From: Eledone cirrhosa
Taxonomy: Eukaryota
DNA length: 64,000 nucleotides
NCBI GenBank assembly: GCA_964016885.1
Contig: OZ024741.1
Span: 48,608,001 to 48,672,000, forward strand
Reading direction: 5' to 3'
A program made the translations under genes and the position numbers. Shown here piece by piece: positions 47,220-60,369 of the stretch (positions are counted from its first letter, which is position 1; each line of letters starts with the position of its first letter). The notes under the pieces were generated by a model. The model did not search any database. It saw only the letters and a program-made list of their open reading frames with translations, and was not told the origin of the DNA.

Positions 47220-50200
47220 TTCTTCACTACTACGGTCTAAATATTCATCACTATTACGGTCTAAATATTTTCCACTATTAGGGTCTAAATATTCTCCACT
47301 ATTACAGTGTAAATATTCTCCACTATTACAGTCTAAATATTCTCCACTATTACAGTCTAAATATTCTCCACTATTAGGGTCTAAATATTCTCCACTATTA
47401 CAGTCTAAATATTCTCAACTATTACAGTCTAAATATTCTCAACTATTACAGGCTAAATAATCTCCACTATTACAGTCTAAATATTCTCCACTATTACAGT
47501 ATAAATATTCTCCACTATTACAGTCTAAATATTCTCCACTATTACAGTCTAAATATTCTCCGCTATTACAGTCTAAATATTCTCCGCTATTACAGTCTAA
47601 ATATTCTCCGCTATTACAGTCTAAATATTCTCCGCTATTACAGTCTAAATATTCTCCACTATTACAGTCTAAATATTCTCTACTATTACAGTCTAAATAT
47701 TCTCCACTATTACAGTCTAAATATTCTCCACTATTACAGTCTAACTATTCTTCACTACTACGGTCTAAATATTCTCCACTATTACAGTCTTAATATTCTC
47801 CACTATTACAGTCTAAATATTATTCACTACTACGGTCTAAATATTCTCGGCTATTACAGTCTAAATATTCTCCACTATTACAGTCTAAATATTCTTCACT
47901 ATTAGGGTCTAAATATTCTCCACTATTACAGCCTAAATATTCTCCGCTATTACAGTCTAAATATTCTCCACTATTACAGTCTAAATATTCTCCGCTATTA
48001 CAGTCTAAATATTCTCCACTATTACAGTCTAAATATTCTTCACTACTACGGTCTAAATATTCTCCGCTATTACAGTCTAAATATTCTCCACTATTACAGT
48101 CTAAATATTCTCCACTATTACAGTCTAAATATTTTCCACTATTACAGTCTAAATATTCTCCACTATTTCAGTCTAGATATTCTCCACTATTACAGTCTAA
48201 ATATTCTTCACTACTACGGTCTAAATATTCTCCACTATTACGGTCTAAATATTTTCCACTATTAGGGTGTAAATATTCTCCACTATTACAGTCTAAATAT
48301 TCTCCACTATTACAGTCTAAATATTCTCCGCTATTACAGTCTAAATATTCTTCACTACTACGGTCTAAATATTCTTCACTATTACAGAGTAAATATTCTC
48401 CACTATTACAGTCTAAATATTCTCCACTATTACAGTCTAAATATTCTTCACAAATACGGTCTAAATATTCTATTACAGTCTAAATATTCTCCACTATTAC
48501 AGTCTAAATATTTTTCATCACTACGTCTAAATATTCTCCACTATTACAGTCTAAATATTCTCCACTATTACAGTCTAAATATTTTTCATCACTACGTCTA
48601 AATATTCTCCACTATTACAGTCTAAATATTCTCCACTATTACAGTCTAAATATTCTCCTCTATTAGGGTCTAAATATTCTTCATTACTACGTCTAAATAT
48701 TCTCCACTATTACAGTCTAAATATTCTCAACTATTACAGGCTAAATATTCTCCACTATTAAAGTCTAAATATTCTCCACTATTACAGTCTAAATATTCTC
48801 CACTATTACAGTCTAAATATTCTCCACTATTACAGTCTAAATATTCTTCACTACTACGGTCTAAATATTCTCGGCTATTACAGTCTAAATATTCTCCACT
48901 ATTACAGTCTAAATATTCTTCACTATTAGGGTCTAAATATTCTCCACTATTACAACCTAAATATTCTCCGCTATTACAGTCTAAATATTCTCCACTATTA
49001 CAGTCTAAATATTCTCCGCTATTACAGTCTAAATATTCTCCACTATTACAGTCTAAATATTCTTCACTACTACGGTCTAAATATTCTCCGCTATTACAGT
49101 CTAAATTTTCTCCACTATTACAGTCTTAATATTCTCCACTATTACAGTCTAAATATTCTTCACTACTACGGTCTAAATATTCTCGGCTATTACAGTCTAA
49201 ATATTCTCCACTATTACAGTCTCAATATTCTTCACTATTAGGGTCTAAATATTCTCCACTATTACAGCCTAAATATTCTCCGCTATTACAGTCTAAATAT
49301 TCTCCACTATTACAGTCTAAATATTCTCCGCTATTACAGTCTAAATATTCTCCACTATTACAGTCTAAATATTCTTCACTACTACGGTCTAAATATTCTC
49401 CGCTATTACAGACTAAATATTCTCCACTATTACAGTCTAAATATTCTCCACTATTACAGTCTAAATATTTTCCACTATTACAGTCTAAATATTTTCCACT
49501 ATTTCAGTCTAGATATTCTCCACTATTACAGTCTAAATATTCTTCACTACTACGGTCTAAATATTCTCCACTATTACGGTCTAAATATTTTCCACTATTA
49601 GGGTGTAAATATTCTCCACTATTACAGTCTAAATATTCTCCACTATTACAGTCTAAATATTCTTCACAAATACGGTCTAAATATTCTATTACAATCTAAA
49701 TATTCTCCACTATTACAGTCTAAATATTTTTCATCACTACGTCTAAATATTCTCCACTATTACAGTCTAAATATTCTCCACTATTACAGTCTAAATATTT
49801 TTCATCACTACGTCTAAATATTCTCCACTATTACAGTCTAAATATTCTCCACTATTACAGTCTAAATATTCTCCACTATTACAGTCTAAATATTCTCCAC
49901 TATTAGGGTCTAAATATTCTCCACTCTTACAGTCTAAATATTCTCAACTATTACAGTCTAAATATTCTCAACTATTACAGGCTAAATATTCTCCACTATT
50001 AAAGTTTAAATATTTTCCACTATTACAGTCTAAATATTCTCCACTATTACAGTCTAAATATTCTCCACTATTACAGTCTAAATATTCTTCGCTATTACAG
50101 TCTAAATATTCTCCACTATTACAGTCTAAATATTCTCCACTATTACAGTCTAAATATTTTCCACTATTACAGTCTAAATATTCTCCACTATTTCAGTCTA

Positions 50201-53200
50201 GATATTCTCCACTATTACAGTCTAAATATTCTTCACTATTACAGTCTAAATATTCTTCACTATTAGTGTCTAAATATTCTCCGCTATTACAATCTAAATA
50301 TTCTCCACTATTACAGTCTAAATATTCTCCACTATTACGGTCTAAATATTCTCCACTATTACAGTCTAAATATTCTCCACTATTACAGTCTAAATATTCT
50401 TCACTATTACAGTCGAAATATTCTTCACTATTTCAGTCTAAATATTCTACACTATTACAGTCTAAATATTCTCCGCTATTACAGTCTAAATATTCTTCAC
50501 TATTAGTGTCTAAATATTCTCCGCTATTACAATCTAAATATTCTCCACTATTACAGTCTAAATATTCTCCACTATTACGGTCTAAATATTCTCCACTATT
50601 ACAGTCTAAATATTCTCCACTATTACAGTCTAAATATTCTTCACTATTACAGTCGAAATATATTTCACTACTACGGTCTAAATATTCACCACTATTACGG
50701 TCTAAATATTTTCCACTATTAGGGTCTAAATATTCTCCACTATTACAGTCTAAATATTCTCCACTATTACAGTCTAAATATTCTCCACTATTACAGTCTA
50801 AATATTCCTCACTATTAGGGTCTAAATATTCTCCACTATTACAGTCTAAATATTCTCAACTATTACAGTCTAAATATTCTCAACTATTACAGGCTAAATA
50901 ATCTCCACTATTACAGTCTAAATATTCTCCACTATTACAGTATAAATATTCTCTACTATTACAGTCTAAATATTCTCCACTATTACAGTCTAAATATTCT
51001 CCGCTATTACAGTTTAAATATTCTCCGCTATTACAGTCTAAATATTCTCCGCTATTACAGTCTAAATATTCTCCGCTATTACAGTCTAAATATTCTCCAC
51101 TATTACAGTCTAAATATTCTCTACTATTACAGTCTGAATATTCTCCACTATTACAGTCTAAATATTCTCCACTATTACAGTCTTAATATTCTTCACTACT
51201 ACGGTCTAAATATTCTCCACTATTACAGTCTTAATATTCTCCACTATTACAGTCTAAATATTCTTCACTACTACGGTCTAAATATTCTCGGCTATTACAG
51301 TCTAAATATTCTCCCCTATTACAGTCTAAATATTCTTCACTATTAGGGTCTAAATATTCTCCACTATTACAGTCTAAATATTCTCCGCTATTACAGTCTA
51401 AATATTCTCCACTATTACAGTCTAAATATTCTCCGCTATTACAGTCTAAATATTCTCCACTATTACAGTCTAAATATTCTTCACTACTACGGTCTAAATA
51501 TTCTCCGCTATTACAGTCTAAATATTCTCCACTATTACAGTCTAAATATTCTCCACTATTACAGTCTAAATATTTTCCACTATTACAGTCTAAATATTCT
51601 CCACTATTTCAGTCTAGATATTCTCCACTATTACAGTCTAAATATTCTTCACTACTACGGTCTAAATATTCTCCACTATTACGGTCTAAATATTTTCCAC
51701 TATTAGGGTGTAAATATTCTCCACTATTACAGTCTAAATATTCTCCACTATTACAGTCTAAATATTCTCCGCTATTACAGTCTAAATATTCTTCACTACT
51801 ACGGTCTAAATATTCTTCACTATTACAGACTAAATATTCTCCACTATTACAGTCTAAATATTCTCCACTATTACAGTCTAAATATTCTTCACTACTACGG
51901 TCTAAATATTCTCCGCTATTACAGTCTAAAGATTCTCCACTATTACAGTCTAAATATTCTTCACAAATACTGTCTAAATATTCTATTACAGTCTAAATAT
52001 TCTCCACTATTACAGTCTAAATATTTTTCATCACTACGTCTAAATATTCTCCACTATTACAGTCTAAATATTCTCCACTATTACAGTCTAAATATTCTCC
52101 ACTATTACAGTCCAAATATTCTTCACTACTACGGTCTAAATATTCTCCACTATTACAGTCTAAATATTCTCCACTATTACAGTCTAAATATTCTCCGCTA
52201 TTACAGTCTAAATATCCACTATTACGGTCTAAATATTCTCCGTTATTACAGTCTAAATATTCTTCACTACTACGGTCTAAATATTCACCACTATTACGGT
52301 CTAAATATTTTCCACTATTAGGGTCTAAATATTCTCCACTATTACAGTGTAAATATTCTCCACTATTACAATCTAAATATTCTCCACTATTACAGTCTAA
52401 ATATTCTCCACTATTAGGGTCTAAATATTCTCCACTATTACAGTCTAAATATTCTCAACTATTACAGTCTAAATATTCTCAACTATTACAGGCTAAATAA
52501 TCTCCACTATTACAGTCTAAATATTCTCCACTATTACAGTATAAATATTCTCCACTATTACAGTCTAAATATTCTCCACTATTACAGTCTAAATATTCTC
52601 CGCTATTACAGTCTAAATATTCTCCGCTATTACAGTCTAAATATTCTCCGCTATTACAGTCTAAATATTCTCCGCTATTACAGTCTAAATATTCTCCACT
52701 ATTACAGTCTAAATATTCTCTACTATTACAGTCTAAATATTCTCCACTATTACAGTCTAAATATTCTCCACTATTACAGTCTAACTATTCTTCACTACTA
52801 CGGTCTAAATATTCTCCACTATTACAGTCTTAATATTCTCCACTATGACAGTCTAAATATTCTTCACTACTACGGTCTAAATATTCTCGGCTATTACAGT
52901 CTAAATATTCTCCACTATTACAGTCTAAATATTCTTCAATATTAGGGTCTAAATATTCTCCACTATTACAGCCTAAATATTCTCCGCTATTACAGTCTAA
53001 ATATTCTCCACTATTACAGTCTAGATATTCTCCGCTATTACAGTCTAAATATTCTCCACTATTACAGTCTAAATATTCTTCACTACTACGGTCTAAATAT
53101 TCTCCGCTATTACAGTCTAAATATTCTCCACTATTACAGTCTAAATATTCTCCACTATTACAGTCTAAATATTTTCCACTATTACAGTCTAAATATTCTC

Positions 53201-56200
53201 CACTATTTCAGTCTAGATATTCTCCACTATTACAGTCTAAATATTCTTCACTACTACGGTCTAAATATTCTCCACTATTACGGTCTAAATATTTTCCACT
53301 ATTAGGGTGTAAATATTCTCCACTATTACAGTCTAAATATTCTCCACTATTACAGTCTAAATATTCTCCGCTATTACAGTCTAAATATTCTTCACTACTA
53401 CGGTCTAAATATTCTTCACTATTACAGAGTAAATATTCTCCACTATTACAGTCTAAATATTCTCCACTATTACAGTCTAAATATTCTTCACAAATACGGT
53501 CTAAATATTCTATTACAGTCTAAATATTCTCCACTATTACAGTCTAAATATTTTTCATCACTACGTCTAAATATTCTCCACTATTACAGTCTAAATATTC
53601 TCCACTATTACAGTCTAAATATTCTCCACTATTACAGTCTAAATATTCTCCACTATTAGGGTCTAAATATTCTCCACTCTTACAGTCTAAATATTCTCAA
53701 CTATTACAGTCTAAATATTCTCAACTATTACAGGCTAAATATTCTCCACTATTAAAGTCTAAATATTCTCCACTATTACAGTCTAAATATTCTCCACTAT
53801 TACAGTCTAAATATTCTCCACTATTACAGTCTAAATATTCTTCACTACTACGGTCTAAATATTCTCGGCTATTACAGTCTAAATATTCTCCACTATTACA
53901 GTCTAAATATTCTTCACTATTAGGGTCTAAATATTCTCCACTATTACAACCTAAATATTCTCCGCTATTACAGTCTAAATATTCTCCACTATTACAGTCT
54001 AAATATTCTCCGCTATTACAGTCTAAATATTCTCCACTATTACAGTCTAAATATTCTTCACTACTACGGTCTAAATATTCTCCGCTATTACAGTCTAAAT
54101 ATTCTCCACTATTACAGTCTAAATATTTTTCATCACTCCGTCTAAATATTCTCCACTATTACAGTCTAAATATTCTCCACTATTACAGTCTAAATATTCT
54201 CCACTATTACAGTCTAAATATTCTCCACTATTAGGGTCTAAATATTCTCCACTCTTACAGTCTAAATATTCTCAACTATTACAGTCTAAATATTCTCAAC
54301 TATTACAGGCTAAATATTCTCCACTATTAAAGTCTAAATATTCTCCACTATTACAGTCTAAATATTCTCCACTATTACAGTCTTAATATTCTCCACTATT
54401 ACAGTCTAAATATTCTTCACTACTACGGTCTAAATATTCTCGGCTATTACAGTCTAAATATTCTCCACTATTACAGTCTCAATATTCTTCACTATTAGGG
54501 TCTAAATATTCTCCACTATTACAGCCTAAATATTCTCCGCTATAACAGTCTAAATATTCTCCACTATTACAGTCTAAATATTCTCCGCTATTACAGTCTA
54601 AATATTCTCCACTATTACAGTCTAAATATTCTTCACTACTACGGTCTAAATATTCTCCGCTATTACAGACTAAATATTCTCCACTATTACAGTCTAAATA
54701 TTCTCCACTATTACAGTCTAAATATTTTCCACTATTACAGTCTAAATATTTTCCACTATTTCAGTCTAGATATTCTCCACTATTACAGTCTAAATATTCT
54801 TCACTACTACGGTCTAAATATTCTCCACTATTACGGTCTAAATATTTTCCACTATTAGGGTGTAAATATTCTCCACTATTACAGTCTAAATATTCTCCAC
54901 TATTATAGTCTAAATATTCTTCACAAATACGGTCTAAATATTCTATTACAGTCTAAATATTCTCCACTATTACAGTCTAAATATTTTTCATCACTACGTC
55001 TAAATATTCTCCACTATTACAGTCTAAATATTCTCCACTATTACAGTCTAAATATTTTTCATCACTACGTCTAAATATTCTCCACTATTACAGTCTAAAT
55101 ATTCTCCACTATTACAGTCTAAATATTCTCCACTATTACAGTCTAAATATTCTCCACTATTAGGGTCTAAATATTCTCCACTCTTACAGTCTAAATATTC
55201 TCAACTATTACAGTCTAAATATTCTCAACTATTACAGGCTAAATATTCTCCACTATTAAAGTTTAAATATTTTCCACTATTACAGTCTAAATAATCTCCA
55301 CTATTACAGTCTAAATATTCTCCACTATTACAGTCTAAATATTCTCCACTATTACAGTCTAAATATTCTTCACTATTACAGTCTAAATATTCTTCACTAT
55401 TAGTGTCTAAATATTCTCCGCTATTACAATCTAAATATTCTCCACTATTACAGTCTAAATATTCTCCACTATTACGGTCTAAATATTCTCCACTATTACA
55501 GTCTAAATATTCTCCACTATTACAGTCTAAATATTCTTCACTATTACAGTCGAAATATTCTTCACTATTTCAGTCTAAATATTCTACACTATTACAGTCT
55601 AAATATTCTCCGCTATTACAGTCTAAATATTCTTCACTATTAGTGTCTAAATATTCTCCGCTATTACAATCTAAATATTCTCCACTATTACAGTCTAAAT
55701 ATTCTCCACTATTACGGTCTAAATATTCTCCACTATTACAGTCTAAATATTCTCCACTATTACAGTCTAAATATTCTTCACTATTACAGTCGAAATATTC
55801 TTCACTACTACGGTCTAAATATTCACCACTATTACGGTCTAAATATTTTCCACTATTAGGGTCTAAATATTCTCCACTATTACAGTCTAAATATTCTCCA
55901 CTATTACAGTCTAAATATTCTCCACTATTACAGTCTAAATATTCCTCACTATTAGGGTCTAAATATTCTCCACTATTACAGTCTAAATATTCTCAACTAT
56001 TACAGTCTAAATATTCTCAACTATTACAGGCTAAATAATCTCCACTATTACAGTCTAAATATTCTCCACTATTACAGTATAAATATTCTCCACTATTACA
56101 GTCTAAATATTCTCCACTATTACAGTCTAAATATTCTCCGCTATTACAGTCTAAATATTCTCCGCTATTACAGTCTAAATATTCTCCGCTATTACAGTCT

Positions 56201-59200
56201 AAATATTCTCCGCTATTACAGTCTAAATATTCTCCACTATTACAGTCTAAATATTCTCTACTATTACAGTCTAAATATTCTCCACTATTACAGTCTAAAT
56301 ATTCTCCACTATTACAGTCTTAATATTCTTCACTACTACGGTCTAAATATTCTCCACTATTACAGTCTTAATATTCTCCACTATTACAGTCTAAATATTC
56401 TTCACTACTACGGTCTAAATATTCTCGGCTATTACAGTAAAAATATTCTCCCCTATTACAGTCTAAATATTCTTCACTATTAGGGTCTAAATATTCTCCA
56501 CTATTACAGTCTAAATATTCTCCGCTATTACAGTCTAAATATTCTCCACTATTACAGTCTAAATATTCTCCGCTATTACAGTCTAAATATTCTCCACTAT
56601 TACAGTCTAAATATTCTTCACTACTATGGTCTAAATATTCTCCGCTATTACAGTCTAAATATTCTCCACTATTACAGTTTAAATATTCTCCACTATTACA
56701 GTCTAAATATTTTCCACTATTACAGTCTAAATATTCTCCACTATTTCAGTCTAGATATTCTCCACTATTACAGTCTAAATATTCTTCACTACTACGGTCT
56801 AAATATTCTCCACTATTACGGTCTAAATATTTTCCACTATTAGGGTGTAAATATTCTCCACTATTACAGTCTAAATATTCTCCACTATTACAGTCTAAAT
56901 ATTCTCCGCTATTACAGTCTAAATATTCTTCACTACTACGGTCTAAATATTCTTCACTATTACAGACTAAATATTCTCCACTATTACAGTCTAAATATTC
57001 TCCACTATTACAGTCTAAATATTCTTCACTACTACGGTCTAAATATTCTCCGCTATTACAGTCTAAAGATTCTCCACTATTACAGTCTAAATATTCTTCA
57101 CAAATACTGTCTAAATATTCTATTACAGTCTAAATATTCTCCACTATTACAGTCTAAATATTTTTCATCACTACGTCTAAATATTCTCCACTATTACAGT
57201 CTAAATATTCTCCACTATTACAGTCTAAATATTCTCCACTATTACAGTCCAAATATTCTTCACTACTACGGTCTAAATATTCTCCACTATTACAGTCTAA
57301 ATATTCTCCACTATTACAGTCTAAATATTCTCCACTATTACAGTCTAAATATTCTCCACTATTACAGTCTAAATATTCTCCACTATTAGGGTCTAAATAT
57401 TCTCCACTCTTACAGTCTAAATATTCTCAACTATTACAGTCTAAATATTCTCAACTATTACAGGCTAAATATTCTCCACTATTAAAGTTTAAATATTTTC
57501 CACTATTACAGTCTAAATAATCTCCACTATTACAGTCTAAATATTCTCCACTATTACAGTCTAAATATTCTCCACTATTACAGTCTAAATATTCTTCACT
57601 ATTACAGTCTAAATATTCTTCACTATTAGTGTCTAAATATTCTCCGCTATTACAATCTAAATATTCTCCACTATTACAGTCTAAATATTCTCCACTATTA
57701 CGGTCTAAATATTCTCCACTATTACAGTCTAAATATTCTCCACTATTACAGTCTAAATATTCTTCACTATTACAGTCGAAATATTCTTCACTATTTCAGT
57801 CTAAATATTCTACACTATTACAGTCTAAATATTCTCCGCTATTACAGTCTAAATATTCTTCACTATTAGTGTCTAAATATTCTCCGCTATTACAATCTAA
57901 ATATTCTCCACTATTACAGTCTAAATATTCTCCACTATTACGGTCTAAATATTCTCCACTATTACAGTCTAAATATTCTCCACTATTACAGTCTAAATAT
58001 TCTTCACTATTACAGTCGAAATATTCTTCACTACTACGGTCTAAATATTCACCACTATTACGGTCTAAATATTTTCCACTATTAGGGTCTAAATATTCTC
58101 CACTATTACAGTCTAAATATTCTCCACTATTACAGTCTAAATATTCTCCACTATTACAGTCTAAATATTCCTCACTATTAGGGTCTAAATATTCTCCACT
58201 ATTACAGTCTAAATATTCTCAACTATTACAGTCTAAATATTCTCAACTATTACAGGCTAAATAATCTCCACTATTACAGTCTAAATATTCTCCACTATTA
58301 CAGTCTAAATATTCTCCACTATTACAGTCTAAATATTCTCCACTATTACAGTCTAAATATTCTCCGCTATTACAGTCTAAATATTCTCCGCTATTACAGT
58401 CTAAATATTCTCCGCTATTACAGTCTAAATATTCTCCGCTATTACAGTCTAAATATTCTCCACTATTACAGTCTAAATATTCTCTACTATTACAGTCTAA
58501 ATATTCTCCACTATTACAGTCTAAATATTCTCCACTATTACAGTCTTAATATTCTTCACTACTACGGTCTAAATATTCTCCACTATTACAGTCTTAATAT
58601 TCTCCACTATTACAGTCTAAATATTCTTCACTACTACGGTCTAAATATTCTCGGCTATTACAGTAAAAATATTCTCCCCTATTACAGTCTAAATATTCTT
58701 CACTATTAGGGTCTAAATATTCTCCACTATTACAGTCTAAATATTCTCCGCTATTACAGTCTAAATATTCTCCACTATTACAGTCTAAATATTCTCCGCT
58801 ATTACAGTCTAAATATTCTCCACTATTACAGTCTAAATATTCTTCACTACTATGGTCTAAATATTCTCCGCTATTACAGTCTAAATATTCTCCACTATTA
58901 CAGTTTAAATATTCTCCACTATTACAGTCTAAATATTTTCCACTATTACAGTCTAAATATTCTCCACTATTTCAGTCTAGATATTCTCCACTATTACAGT
59001 CTAAATATTCTTCACTACTACGGTCTAAATATTCTCCACTATTACGGTCTAAATATTTTCCACTATTAGGGTGTAAATATTCTCCACTATTACAGTCTAA
59101 ATATTCTCCACTATTACAGTCTAAATATTCTCCGCTATTACAGTCTAAATATTCTTCACTACTACGGTCTAAATATTCTTCACTATTACAGACTAAATAT

Positions 59201-59600
59201 TCTCCACTATTACAGTCTAAATATTCTCCACTATTACAGTCTAAATATTCTTCACTACTACGGTCTAAATATTCTCCGCTATTACAGTCTAAAGATTCTC
59301 CACTATTACAGTCTAAATATTCTTCACAAATACTGTCTAAATATTCTATTACAGTCTAAATATTCTCCACTATTACAGTCTAAATATTTTTCATCACTAC
59401 GTCTAAATATTCTCCACTATTACAGTCTAAATATTCTCCACTATTACAGTCTAAATATTCTCCACTATTACAGTCCAAATATTCTTCACTACTACGGTCT
59501 AAATATTCTCCACTATTACAGTCTAAATATTCTCCACTATTACAGTCTAAATATTCTCCGCTATTACAGTCTAAATATCCACTATTACGGTCTAAATATT
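47220..59600 (+). repeat. About 5.0-5.1 kb duplication followed by a 2226-bp tandem duplication
   Basis: Markers 48451/53491 (5040), 51964/57101 (5137) and 57101/59327 (2226). ORFs at 50266, 55403 and 57629 show the same 5137 and 2226 offsets. Confidence 0.85.
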
Positions 59601-60369
59601 CTCCGTTATTACAGTCTAAATATACTTCGCTTCTACGGTCTAAATATTCTCCGCTATTACAGTCTAAATATTCTCCACTATTACAGTCTAAATATTCTTC
59701 ATTACTACGTCTCAAAATTCTCCACTATTACAGTCTAAATATTCTACACTATTACAGTCTAAATATTCTCCACTACTACAGTCTAAATATTCTTCACTAC
59801 TACGGTCTAAATATTCTCCACTATTACAGTCTAAATATTCTCCAATATTACAGTCTAAATATTCTTCACTACTACGGTCTAAATATTCTCCGCTATTACA
59901 GTCTAAATATTCTCCACTATTACAGTCTAACTATTCTCCACTATTACAGTCTAAATATTCTCCGCTATTACAGTCTAAATATTCTTCACTATTAGTGTCT
60001 AAATATTCTCCACTATTACAGTCTAAATATTCTCCGCTATTACAGTCTAAATATTCTCCACTATTACAGTCTATATATTCTTCACTACTACGGTCTAAAT
60101 ATTCTCCGCTATTACAATCTAAATATTCTCCACTATTACAGTCTAAATATTCTCCACTATTACAGTCTAAATATTCTCCACTATTACAGTCTAAATATTC
60201 TCCACTATTACAGTCTAAATATTCTCCACTATTACAGTCTAAATATTCGCCACTATTAGGGTCTAAATATTCTCCACTATTACAGTCTAAATATTCTCAA
60301 CTATTACAGTCTAAATATTCTCAACTATTACAGGCTAAATATTCTCCATAGTTACACTCTAAATATTCT

